DNA of 64,000 nt from Malacoraja senta (GCA_038087875.1 JAXLNO010000110.1:310001-374000), one strand, 5' to 3'; shown: positions 50,921 through 63,045, counted from the first letter of the stretch. A program made the numbers and translations. The notes: generated by a model from the letters alone, not told the origin.

Positions 50921-53871
50921 GTTCTGGCCCTGGTTCAACTCCACCCGATTTGACGGGAAGTGTCACCTCAGTGTCTACCCAGCCCAACTCTGATCAGTCA
51001 AAACTGTATTTAATTTAAAGAGGAACTGCCTCCCCACAAAGAAAAGGAAATAAATCTGCCAATATCATCGCTCCACATCAAAACCTGGAAAATCCACAGA
51101 TCAGCCAAGAAACGAAAGAGGAAGTTTGACTAAGCAGCCGGTGAAGGCTCTGAGAAAACAATTGGGGAACGGGGATAGGTTACGTTTGGAACAAGGAGTG
51201 CCCAAATTTACCAAATATGTTGTCTGGTCATTCCCTCCACAGATGCTGCCTGACCTGCTGGGTTGTTTAGTTTATGTTTACAGACACAGTGTGGAAACAG
51301 GCCCTTTGGCCCACCGAGTCGATACTGACCTTCACACTAGTTCTCTGTTACCTCACTATTGCATTAACCACCTAGGTAGAGCAGCAGAGCTGCTGCCTCA
51401 CAGCGCCAGAGACCTGGATCGATCCTGACTACGGGTGCTGTCTGTACGTGGTTTGCACGTTCAGCCCGTGACCCCCGTGGGTTTTCTCTGGGTGCTCCGG
51501 TTTCCTCCCACACTCCAATTCCTCTGCCTGCAGGTGATCCACATCCTCCATTCCCTGAATATCCATGCACCTATCGAAAAAGCCTCAGCAATACTACCAT
51601 CGTATCTGCCTCCACCACCACCCCTGGCAGCGCGTTCCAGGCACCCACCACCCTCCGTAAAAAGGTTGCCCTGCACATCTCCTTTAAACTTTGTCCCTCT
51701 CACTCTAAAGCCATGACCATAAAATCATGAGAGGAATAGATCAGGTCTCTTGCCCGGAGTAGGTGAATCGAGGACCAGAGCACATAGTTTTAAGGTGATG
51801 GGGTAAAGATTTAGTAGGAATCTGAAGGGTAACTGGAACAAGTTGCCAGAGCAGGTAGTTGAGGCTGGGACTATACCAACGTATAAGAAACAGTTGGACA
51901 GGTACATGGATAGGACGAGTTTGGTAGCGCAGCGGTAGAGTTGATGCCTTACAGCGAATGCAGCGCCAGAAACCCGGGTTCGATCCCGACTATGGGTGCT
52001 GTCTGTACGGAGTTTGTACGTTCTCCCCGTGGGTTTTCTCCGAGATCTTCAGTTTCCTCCCACACGTCCAAAGACGTACAGGTTTGTAGGTTAATTGGCT
52101 TGGCAAGTGTGTAAAAAGAAATTCTCAGAGGCAGGGACTATACCAACGTTTGAGAAACATTTAGACAGTTACATGGAAAGGACAGGTTTGGAGGGGATAT
52201 GGGCCAAACATGGGCAAGTGAGACTAGTGTAGCTGGGACATGTTGGCCGGTGTGGGTAAGTTGGGTCGAAGGGCCTGTTTCCACACTGTATGACTCTTTG
52301 ACCTCTAGTCCATGACATGTATACCCTGGGAAGAAGGTTCTGACTGTCTACCCTATCTAATCCATCTTCTTCTCTTCCTCCACTTCCATCTTCTTACTCT
52401 CCACACCTACAACACTCCTCCATTTCAATTTTCTGGGCCATTCCCCATTCCCTCACCGCTTCACTGCCAGTTGTGCCTTCAGCTGCCCCGGCACCTGGAC
52501 TCTGGAATTCCCACCCAAAGTCTTCCCACCTTCTCTCCTCCTCTTCCAAACGTCACGGATTAGTCCCGACAACACACGTCAATTTTGTCTGCAAGCACTC
52601 GTGTCACTATTGTCACATGTACCGAGGTACGGTGAAAACCTTTTAGTTGCGTACGATCCAGTCAGCGGAAAGATTATACATGATTACAATCGAGCCGTCC
52701 ACAGTGTACAGATGCAGGATAAAGGGAATGACATTTAGTGCAAGGTCAAGTCCAGTAAAGTCTGATTAAATGTAGACACAAAGAACTGCAGATGCTGGTT
52801 TACACCAAAGATAGACACAGAGTGCTGGAGTAACTCAGCTAGTCAGGCAGCATCTGTGGAGAAAAAGGATGAGTGACATTAGGGGTTGGGACCTTCATCA
52901 GCCTCAGCATCTGTTTCTCCAGAGATGCTGCCTGGCCCATTGAGTTACTCCAGCCTTTTGAGTCTATCCAAAGTCCGATTAAAGTGAGTTGAACCCGGTT
53001 GCCAAACACTTTAATTTCCCTCCTATCTTTCCCAGTATTCCTCCGTCTTTCCATATATTTCATTCATTTGTTCTATATCTCTCTATATCACCGTCTATAT
53101 CTCTTGTTTCCCTTTCATAAGCATAAGATCATGTGATAGGAGTAGAAAGGCCATTCAGCCCATTTAGTCTACTCCGCCATTCAATCATGGCTGATCTATC
53201 TCTCTCTCCTAACCACATTCTCCTGCCTTCTCACCATACATACTCTGACACCCGTACTAATCAAGAATCTATCTATCTCAAATATATCTTAAATCTATCT
53301 TAAATATATCCACTGACTTTTGCCTCCACAGCCATCTGTGGCAAAGAAACCCACAGATTCACCACTCTCTGACTTTCCCCTGGCTCTCAGTCTGAAGGGT
53401 CTCGACTCGAAACGTTAACCATTCCTTTTCTCCAGAGATGCTGCCTGACCCGCGGAATTACTCCAGCTTTTTGTGTCCATCTCCTGCTGAAACGTTACCG
53501 ATGTGGGAACGAACGCCCGTGTGTGATCAGCTCGGTAATATTGCAGAAGTAAGGAAGCCAAATTAAAACTCAGCTGATTCTGACTCATCCATGGAATGAA
53601 GATCACACCTCTCACAATGATAATTCAGTCGCCTTACTTCTCTCAGCTCGTAGAGGTCAACGGCAGGCAACGACAGGAGTACAACAATGAATTAAAAATA
53701 AGGCTCTTTATAAATCTTCATCAGTTATTCAAAATGGATTCTGATGGTAGAGATACAGGGATGGAAACATGCCCTTCGCTCACTGAGACCATGGCAACCA
53801 TCGATCACCCGTTCACACTAGTTCTATGTTATCCCACTTTCTCATCCACTCCCTACACATTAGGGGTAAGT

Positions 53872-53939
53872 TGGCCTCATAGCAGAAGTGTTCACGTCGC
53901 GGGGCTGGAAACTGGAAGTATCCTGAGCTAGTTCTGCTG
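53872..53939 (+). ncRNA. HDV-like self-cleaving ribozyme, CPEB3-like core
   Basis: P1 TGGCCTC/GGGGCTG, P2 TAGCAGAA/TTCTGCTG, P3 GTG/CGC, L3 TTCACGT, P1.1 TC/GA, catalytic-C position 53928 in J4/2 GCTAG. Confidence 0.75.
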
Positions 53940-54064
53940 CCACCATCACCTATTGCAACAAGTGATGGCTTCCACTGATTGTCGCCGGATGTTTGCGTCC
54001 TTTTCAGGACGGACGATGACAGCGAGGTCAACATTTGTACAAGATGGACACAAAAAGAAGAAGA
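53872..54064 (+). mobile_element. Short non-autonomous retroposon with 5' ribozyme and (AAG)n tail
   Basis: Interrupts a V-SINE. Flanked by AGGGGTAAGT(T) at 53862 and AGGGGCAAGT(T) at 54065 (1 mismatch). 3' end AAAAAGAAGAAGA. Confidence 0.75.
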
Positions 54065-55753
54065 AGGGGCAAGTTTACAGAGGGCCAATTAACCTACAAA
54101 CTCGTCGGGAGTGGAAGCGGACGTGGATGTGGGAGGGAACCTGAGCACCCGGGGAAAACCCACGCGGCTGCCGGCTCCAGCCGGGCTGGAGTTCCAGAGA
54201 CCTTCAAACCATCTTTAATCGGACTTTACTTTGCACTAAACGTTTTTCCCATTATCCTGTATCTGTTCACTGTGGGCGGCGTGATTGCCACCATGCGTAG
54301 TCTTTTCGCTGACTGGAAAAAGCTTTTCACTGTACCTCGGTACACGTGACGATAATAAAGCATACCAAACTAAAGCAAAACACAAAGTGCTGGAGGAATT
54401 CAGCTGGGTACGAGGAAGCGGAACAAGCGGAATATGAGGTGCTGTCCCTCCATTTGCATTTGGCCTCACTCACTCCGGCAATGGAGGAGGCCCAGGATAG
54501 AAAGATATGGGTATTTGAAGGAGAATTAGTTTATTTTGGGAAATATACTGAGACACCAAGTTTGGTAATGATCTCCAACATTGAGAGAGTAAATGCTACT
54601 CCGTATTAAGGAAGCAGAGATGGGCACCAAGGGCTTTGGATGCACAAGGCAGGGAAGGGTGGAGTACAATACATCAACTGGCAATCGCCATTCCCTTTAA
54701 TTAATATTTTCCAGCATTGTAATGATCAAATTCCCAACAGCTTCAATGCGCTGCTGATTCAACCAGCCCGCAGTAATGAGCAACAAGCACAAATACTTCC
54801 AGAATCTGTCAATTACGAGATCTGGAATAAAGATTATACAAGTTGGCCTCTTTCGCAACTCCCCGAGGTCCTAGTACCTTCCCCAGACACCATATGGGCA
54901 TTGAGGGTCCACTCAACTGCACGAGCAACCTATCCACAAGATGCTGTCTGGATTAGAGGGTGTTATAGTCACACAGCACGCTAACAGGCCCTGGTCGGCG
55001 TGAAGGGCCTGTTTCCACGCTGTATCTCTAGAATAAACTAAACTAGAAGCTCCCTGATAGACACAAAATGCTGGATTAACTCGGCGGGACAGGCTGCAAC
55101 TCTGGAGAGAAGGAATGGGTGACGTTCCAGATTGAAAAACCTTCTTCAGACTGAAACTAGAAGCTTCTTTTACCCGCCACAAAATTATATCGAGGTAGAG
55201 ATTAAAACCGCCGCAGCTGAGGCAAGTGATATTTATCAAGAGCATCAAATCTCCGGGGATAAACAAACACGCTGGATGCCGTCTGTGTTGCCCTGAAAGC
55301 ACAGGACAACAGAACTGCCACCATGCTGCAATACCCAAGATTGTTGCAATAATCGCAAACTGGTTACACACCACACACTTGAAGAGCCTACAACCCAAAA
55401 GCAAGAACTTTGAGTTGGGAGGAAGTGCAGATGCTGGTTTATACCGAAATTAGACACAAAGTGTTGGAGGAACTCAGCGGGTCAGGCAGCATCTCTGGAG
55501 AGAAGGAATGGGTGAGGCATGAGAGCCTAGATAGTGATAGGTGGAGATTGTAGTTGGGGGGGGGGGGGGGTGGGGGGGGGGGATGAACTCCACTTATCAG
55601 ACCTTTTCATCTCTGACCTTTATCCACCCACCTCCCACCCTGTATCCACCTATCACTTGCCAGAAAAAGATAAAAAGTGATGGAGTAACTCAGCGGGTCA
55701 AGCAGCATCTCTGGAGAACATTGATTGGGGATGTTTAGGTCGCGACCCTTCTC

Positions 55754-56048
55754 ATCATCATCGTTGAAAACATCAACGGGCACGGTGCCTTACAACGCTA
55801 TGTACGACAGTGATCGCAACTTCTACTGAAGTGTGGATGGCCGTCGGCTCGCTAGGAGCTCATCCGCCCTTTGACAGATCTTGTTGTTGGTCCTGCTGGG
55901 GGTCCATAGCCCACTCCCTCCTCACCTGGCAAACCAGGTGGGGGAGACGGTTTAGTCGACGACTATCCGACCATGGAGCAGGTAACACGGGGTTACATGG
56001 TACCCGTGGCGGGGGGGGGGGGGGAACTCCCCCCTGACCTGACCTATA
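55754..56048 (-). mobile_element. Short non-autonomous retroposon (probably RTE-derived), copy 1
   Basis: TSD ACCCTTCTC at 55745-55753 and 56049-56057. (GAT)n 3' tail. Homologous to 59892-60278. Confidence 0.75.
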
Positions 56049-57672
56049 ACCCTTCTCCTGATCCGAAACGTCACAGGGTCCTTTTCTGCTATGTGCCCGA
56101 CTCCAGCACTTTGTGTCTATCTTGAATTCTCCAGTTTCTGGTAAACCCTTTCTCCATTCTCACATACCCTGTTTCAAGCCCCCAACCAACCCCATGCACA
56201 TCTTTCTCCCACTGCCACCGTCACCCAGTTCCATTCCCCTCCCTGCCTACTCCTAAACCCATTTAGCTTTGATCCCCTTCCCTTCCACCCATATCCCTCC
56301 TCCCTTTTGTACCAAATTCCACATCTGACTCCCCTTTGTCTCCATTTCACCGTGAGCTTTTGTTACTATCTCCTCACCTGTATCCACCTCTCACTTGCCA
56401 GGACAATACACAAAGTGCTGGAGTAACTCAGCGGGTCGGCCAGCATCTCAGGAGACCATGGATAGGTGGACCTCCTGAATGCTATCTGACCCACTTAGTT
56501 ACTCCAGCACTGTATCTCTTTTTTATTGTAAACCAGCATCTGCAGTTCCTTATTTCGATATATCGCCTGCCAGACTTTCTCACATCAGTTTCTCTTTTTC
56601 CAGCTTTCTCCCGTGACTCCTTAAGTGTGAAAAAGGGTCCCGACACAAAATATCATCTGCATGGCCTTCCACAGATGCTGCCTGTGTCCACAATGTCTTT
56701 CTGTTCACAGATTGGTCCAGTTTAGTTTAGAGATACAGCGTGGAAACAGGTCCTTCGGCCCACCTAGTCCACGCTGACCAACGATCACCTGTAGACTAGG
56801 TCCATCCTACACACACTAGGGACAATTTCATAGAAGCCAATTAACCTACAAGCCTGCACGCCTTTGGAGTGTGGGAGGAAACCGGAGCACCCAGAGAAAA
56901 CTCAAGCATTCACAGGGAGAACGTGCAAACTCTGTACAGCCAGCACCCGCGGTCAGGATCAAACCCAGGTCTCTGGTGCTGCAAGGCAGTAACTCCAGCG
57001 TTGGGCCACCGTATGTTTTGTATCATCTTTGGCCCGCATATTTTGCCAAGAGCTCCACATCAGTCATAGGATTCAAGACTCCAGAGCATGCTTCACGGGA
57101 GATCTCCCCACTGCTAGATACTGGTCCACCACCGACTTTCCGGCACCCTTGGTTCCAGAGCCTTGCCGGATTAGCCGTTTTGCCGGACCAACAGTAATTC
57201 AACACCACACTTCTGATCCACATATCGTACCCCTCCAGTGTCTCTAAAGCACCGTGGACTGCTAGAAACTTAAACAAACCAAATAAAAAATGTAGATTGA
57301 ATTTACAGCAAAACTTCCATTTCTTGCAGGGGCAGCCCGGGCTCCAGTTAACGAGTTACCCTCCGAAGTTCCCATGAGGGCCGGAACGGCAGCCGCCGCG
57401 TTCCCGGTAGGCTTCGCTGTCCCTAGGCGGTAACGCGAGGCCAGGTCGAAAGCGGCCACCTCACCCGGCCTGGGCGCCACATTTTCGGGGGGGATTTCCC
57501 AACGCTCACACCACTGTTGGCAGCGCCGTTGGGCTCACACCATGTTGGCAGCGCCGTTGGCGAATTGCACTAAGCCCCAACCGGAAGTCCTGATGAGGCC
57601 GAAATCGACCTCCACGCCCGGCCTGCATTTCCGTGGGGAATTTCAAGTACACTCCAAATTAAAGACAAAATG

Positions 57673-58072
57673 GGCAGCACGCTGACACAGCGGTAGAGTT
57701 GCTGCCTTACAACGCTTGCTGCGCCGGAGAACCGGGTTCCATCCCGACTACTGGTGCTGTCTGTACGGAGTTTTTACGTTCTCCCCGTTACCTGCGTGGG
57801 TTTTTCCCTTGATCTTCGGTTTCCTCCCACACTCCAAAGACGTACGGTTTTGTAGGTTAATTGGCGGTGAATGTAAATTGTCCCTAGTGTGTGTAGGATA
57901 GTGTTAGTGAGCGGGGATCACTGGTCGTCGCGGACTCGGTGGGCTGAAGGGCCTGTTTCCACGCTATATCTCTAAAACTAAAGTTGGCTTGGTATAAATG
58001 TAAATTGTCCCTAGTGTGTGTAGGATAGTGTTAGTGTGCGGAGATCGCTGGTCCTGTTTCCGCCCTGTATCT
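57673..58072 (+). mobile_element. V-SINE (HE1-like) with duplicated 3' part
   Basis: Full SINE to ~57980, followed by a repeat of ttggc..aatgtaaattgtccctagtgtgtgtaggatagtgttagtg. Confidence 0.8.
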
Positions 58073-58172
58073 TTAACTAATCCAAAAGAGGTGCCGGACC
58101 ACCGGTTGGCCGAAATTCAGTGGGTGGACCAGTACTTCAGGAGAGACTGAGCATGAGATGAGACATAGATTA

Positions 58173-58243
58173 GCCCCACGGTGACCGACGGAGCCCCTCG
58201 GTGATCGACGGAGCCCCACGGTGATTGACGGAGCCCCACGATG
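58173..58243. repeat. 20-bp tandem repeat, ~3.5 copies
   Basis: GCCCCACGGTGA(C/T)(C/T)GACGGA repeated. Confidence 0.9.
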
Positions 58244-59464
58244 ACATTGAAGAGCTACAACCTGAGCCGCAACAGCCACTTGAACCAGTGAAGAAAGGCT
58301 CACCAGTGCAGACTGTATCCGCACCTAGAAACAAAGACATATGTGCAGCAGTAGACCATTCGGCCCTTCGAGCCAGCACCGCCATTCAATATGAATCATG
58401 GCTGATCATCCACAATCAGTACCCCGTTCTGCTTTCTTCCCATATCCCTCGATTCTTTTGCCCCTAAGAGCTTAATCTAACTCTCTCTTGAAAACATCCA
58501 GTGAATTGGCCTCCACTGCCTTCTGTTGCAGAGAATTCCACAGATTCACAACTCTCTAAATGCCTTCCCCTTATTCTTAAACTGTGACCCCTGGTTCTGG
58601 ACTCCCTCCCAACATGGAGAACATTCTTCCTGCATCTAGCCTGTCCAATTCCTTAAGAATTTTTAATATGTTCTATGCATCATCTCTTCTGTAGACTGAT
58701 CCCGTCACAGGGACAACAGATAAGAATGCAAATTACTTACCAGCAAGTGTTTGGCAAGTAGGAGGAAACATGAGCACCCGGGGGAAACTCACATGGTTAC
58801 AGGGAGCGCGTGGGGCAGCACCTGAGGTTAGAATCAAAGCCGGGTTGCCGGAGGACTGATGTAACAGCACTAACTGCTGCACCATCGTGCCATTCATATT
58901 TACTCCATGGTCCACTGGGATAGGGTATCCAAAACCCTCCAGTGAGACCATCCCTCATCTGAGTTCTACAAGGCAAGCTCCTCATCCCAGAGGATATCCC
59001 AAGAGGAATAGCTCCAAAATATCCACACTGCCAATCAATATTGTCAGGATGCAGAGAGGGTGGAGAAGAGATTTACCAGAACTCTCTTCCAGCTTTCTCC
59101 CTCCATTTATCTTGTCAGAGGGTGGTGAATCTGTGGAAATTCTTTGCCCACAGACGGCTGTGGAGGACAAGTCAATGGATATTTTTTATGGCGGAGATTA
59201 ACAGATTCTAGATTAGTATGGGTGTCAGAGGTTACGGGTAGAAGGCAGGAGAACGGGTTGCGACAGAGAGATAGATCAGCGATGATTGAATGGCGGAGTT
59301 GGCTTGATGGGCCGAATGGCCCTATTCTGCTCCTGGCACTTTTGAACCAATTACAATAAATCCGAAGAAGGATCTCGACCCGAAACGTCACCTATCCATG
59401 TTCTCCACAGGTCTGATCTGCTGAGTTATTCCAGCATTTTGTGTCTTTTTTGTTGAAACCAGAA

Positions 59465-59890
59465 CTGGATTAGAGTTTATGAACTACAAGGAAGGGTCGG
59501 ACAAACATGGATTTTTTTCTCTGGAGCAACAGAGATTGTTGATAACCTGGTAAAAGTATATAAAATTATGAGAGGCCTAGATATGATAGATAGCCAGCCA
59601 GAACTTTTTTCCCCAGGGTGGAAATATCAAAGACTAGAGGACATAGCTTTAGGAGGAGGTCAAAGTTAGAATTTTTTTAAAACATAGTAGATGCCTGCTA
59701 CGCACTGCCAGAGGTGGTGGTGAAAGGAGATACAATAGCAACTTTTAGATAGGCACGTGAATATGCTGGGAATGGAGGGATATGGATCACGTGCAGGCAA
59801 AGGAGATTAGTTTACTCTACCATTCATGCTCAGCACAGGCATTGTGGGCCGAAGGGCCAATTTCATGTGCTATATTGTTCTATGTTCAGT
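59465..59890 (+). mobile_element. CR1 LINE 3' fragment
   Basis: Decayed VYKIMRGLD..KTRGHSF coding and the gggccgaagggcc..tgttctatgttc tail. Confidence 0.7.
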
Positions 59891-59891
59891 A

Positions 59892-60278
59892 AAGGTCAGG
59901 TCAGGTCGGGGGGGGGGGTGGGGGAGTTCCCCCCCCCCCGCCACGGGTACCATGTTATCCTTGTACCTGCTCCATGATTGGATAGTCGGCGACTAAACCG
60001 TCTCCCCACCTCGTTTGCCAGGTGAGGAGGGGGCTGTGGACCCCCAGCAGGACCAAAAACAAGACCTGTCAAAGGGCAGATGAGCTCCTAGAAGTTGCGA
60101 TCACGTCGTACATAGCATTGTAGAATGATGATAAAGCACACACCACCAACATCCTATACTTCCAGCGGCGGAAGGCGCAGGAACTGGAGGACGGAGATGT
60201 GTGGTGCGTCCGTCACCGTACCCGTTGGAAACCAGAACCACTGCGTCACTAATGTTTTCAACGATGATGAATGATGAA
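59892..60278 (+). mobile_element. Short non-autonomous retroposon (probably RTE-derived), copy 2
   Basis: TSD TTCAGTA at 59885-59891 and 60279-60285. 5' AGGTCAGGTCAGGTCGGG..GGGGAGTTCCCC and 3' GTTTTCAACGATGATGAATGATGAA. Confidence 0.75.
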
Positions 60279-62199
60279 TTCAGTATCGCTATTTCAGTCA
60301 CCATCCTGGTTTAGTTTTTAGGTTAGTTGAAAGATACAGCGTGGAGACAGGCACCAGGTCTGCACCGACTAGCGACCCCCTGCACATCATCAGTAATCTG
60401 CACAATTTACCATTATTACCAAGCCAATTAACCTACAAACCTGTGGTAGGTCTTGGAGTGAGGGAGAAAACCGAAGCACCCGAGAAAACCCACACAGGTA
60501 GCGGGGAGAACGTACAAACTGCATACAGACAGCGGCAATAGTCAGTATCCAACCCGTGTCGTTGGCGCTGTAAGGGAGCATCTCTACCGCTGCTCCACCC
60601 GGCTGCCCCCCTACAGGTAAACCTACCTATGTGCAGGTAATTCTCTACACCCTCCCAAACCCTTTACTTCCTTACTGTCATGTTCTATAACCTTCCATGT
60701 TTCAGTTCTTCTAAGCTCCAATGAACGGCCCTGCGAAAACACTCTTAACTCAGGGATCATCTCAAACTCCCTCACAATATTAAAGACATCACAGCACATC
60801 CACTCAGCCTCTCTGTCCCAGCACCTTTGAGTGATTTTTAATAGAGTGATACAGTGTGGAAACAGGCCCTTCGGCCCAACTTGCCCGCACTGGCCAACAT
60901 GTCCCAGCTACACTCGTTCCACCTGCCCGCATTTGGTCCATGTCCCTCCAAACCTGTCCTATCCATGGATTTGTCTAACTGCTTCTCAAATGTTGGGATA
61001 GTCCCAGCCTCCGGTACACCCACCACCCTTTGTGTGAAAAAGTTACACCTCAGAGTTATTAAAAATCTTCCCCTTCACCTTAAATGTCCTCTGGTTCTCG
61101 ATCACCTACTCTGGGCAAGAGACTGCACATCTTCCCGATCTATTCCTCTCATGATTTTATACACTGTAGTTGTACTGCACTGAATACTGTAGTTGTAACT
61201 ATCACAGACATTATTTAGACAGGAGACACAAGAATCTACAGACACCAGAATCTTGGATCACGTACATAATTTAGGCTTTTTATACACCTTCATCAGCATA
61301 GACACAAATACTAGAGTAACTCAGCAGGTCAGCCAGTGTCTCTGTAGAAAAGATAATAGGTGACGTTTTGCCCACAGTCATGCCGACCAGCAATCCCCAT
61401 GCACTAACACAATCCTACACACACTAGGAACAATTTAACCGAAGCTAATTAACATACAACCCTTATGTCTTTGGAGTGTGGGAGTAAACACAGAAACATA
61501 GATAGAAACATACAAACATAAATTGGAGCATCCGGATAAAACCCACGCAGTCACAGGGAGAACGTACTGATCATGGCTATCTCTTGCAAGCTCTCTCTTG
61601 AAAGCATCCAGAGAACCTGCCTCCACTGCCCTCTGAGGCAGAGAATCCCACAGACTCACAACTCTCTGGGTGAAAAAGTGTTTCCTCGTCCTCCGTTGTA
61701 AATGGCCAACCCTTATTCTTAAACTGTGTGTGTGGCCCCTGGTTCTGGACTCCCCCAACATCGGGAACATGTTCCTGCCTCTAGTGTGTCCAACCCCCTT
61801 ATACAGGGTTAATATACAGGGTTAATATTTCAATTTGCACCCACTTTAAAAATATTTAAAAAATGCAATTTAATTTACCCATGCAATAGCTAAACATTCG
61901 AATATGCACATTAAAATATTAGCATTGATATAAATAACAGCGATTATAAATATAGATGTGTATTTGCACACAGTATTGATATTAATGATTTGAATTTAAA
62001 AAATGCAATTTGTAAAAATGCAACATGTTTTATGCAGGTTTTTAGATGTTAAAATGTCAATTTTACATTAATGCAAATGTATTGATTGTTAAATTTAACT
62101 GTTCACACAATTTATAAGGGTTTGATAATTTAATTTAAATGGTCAATTGCAATTTATCGCATGTTTAGGTGCCAGTGACGTTAATGTCGATGTATTGAT

Positions 62200-63045
62200 C
62201 ACTAGGCAGGCGGCGCCTCCGGGCCCGGGTCGCGCTGCTACTCCAGCCCCCAGCTTTGGGCCTAGGCGGTGGGTGGGGGTTCAGCGCCCCGTCGCCGGTC
62301 GGCTCGGCCCGGCCCGGGAGGGAGTCAGGAGGGAGGGAGCCACGGTGTGGCCGTGGGGCTGGGATAGGGAGAGGAGGGGAGAGGGGGGAGGGGGATGGAC
62401 ATGGAGCCGCCATCATCGCCGCTACCGCACTCTCCTGCCGCCCCCGCCGCCCGTTTCCAACACAACCGGCGCCGCCGCTCCCCAGCGCCCGCCCCCTCCC
62501 CGCCCCCCCCCCCATGCCCGCCCCACGCCGGAACCCCGCCCCTCCGCCCTCCCCTTGGCCAAGCGACCCCTGATCGACGTCCGCTCCATCCACTCACCAT
62601 CCAGCACCCGCCCTCTCCCCGATTGATTGGCGCGGCCCTGCCCCAATGGGACAGCAGCTAGCAAGGTCCCGCCTCTGGAGCAGCTCTGATGAAACGGGGT
62701 GTTTGACGACGGTGGTGCGGACCATCGGATTTACGGAGCAAGAAATCACGGTGAATGGCCCGGCCCCACCCGGAAACCCCGCCTTCCACTCTCCCCATTG
62801 GCCGACCGACTCTGATTGACGCAGGATCCGCCCGCTCAACATCCAGTACCCGCCACCCGCGGTTAATGGACAGCCGCTAGACGAATGGGATTGGAGGCTG
62901 GTGGAGATCGCGCCCCCTAGCGCCGTTCTGATAGCGCAGTCGTCATCAGTGACGGGCGTGCGGGCCAATCAACGCCAGGATTTAGAATGTCCCCGCCCCC
63001 CCATGGGTGATTGACTTGCGGATCGGCCAATTGCCTGGTGCAGCC
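62200..63045 (-). promoter_or_regulatory. CpG-island promoter, probably of GATAD2B
   Basis: GC- and CpG-rich non-repeat island. Six CCAAT/ATTGG boxes (62626, 62643, 62797, 62890, 62965, 63027), GC box CCCCGCCCCC at 62991, CTCF-like GCGCCCCCTAGCGCC at ~62910, YY1-like GCCGCCATCAT at ~62406. Candidate minus-strand donor GATG|GTGAGT at 62598/62597. Confidence 0.7.

Noticed and set aside
58225..58330. Peptide DDIEELQPEPQQPLEPVKKGSPV as a host exon
   Set aside because: Opposite strand to GATAD2B, no clear splice sites, preceded by a 20-bp repeat and running into a CR1 tail.
59892..60010. HDV-like ribozyme at the 5' end of the (GAT)n-tailed retroposon
   Set aside because: GGGGAG/CTCCCC and a GACTAA motif are suggestive, but I could not build a consistent P1/P3/P1.1 by eye.
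62165..62626. GC-rich ORFs in the CpG island (142 aa minus, 159 aa plus)
   Set aside because: Typical stop-poor GC-rich frames with no recognisable domain and no match to the GATAD2B N-terminus.
62685..62710. CTGATGA hammerhead or C/D-box motif in the promoter
   Set aside because: No stem II-GAAA or terminal stem follows, so it is probably a chance match.
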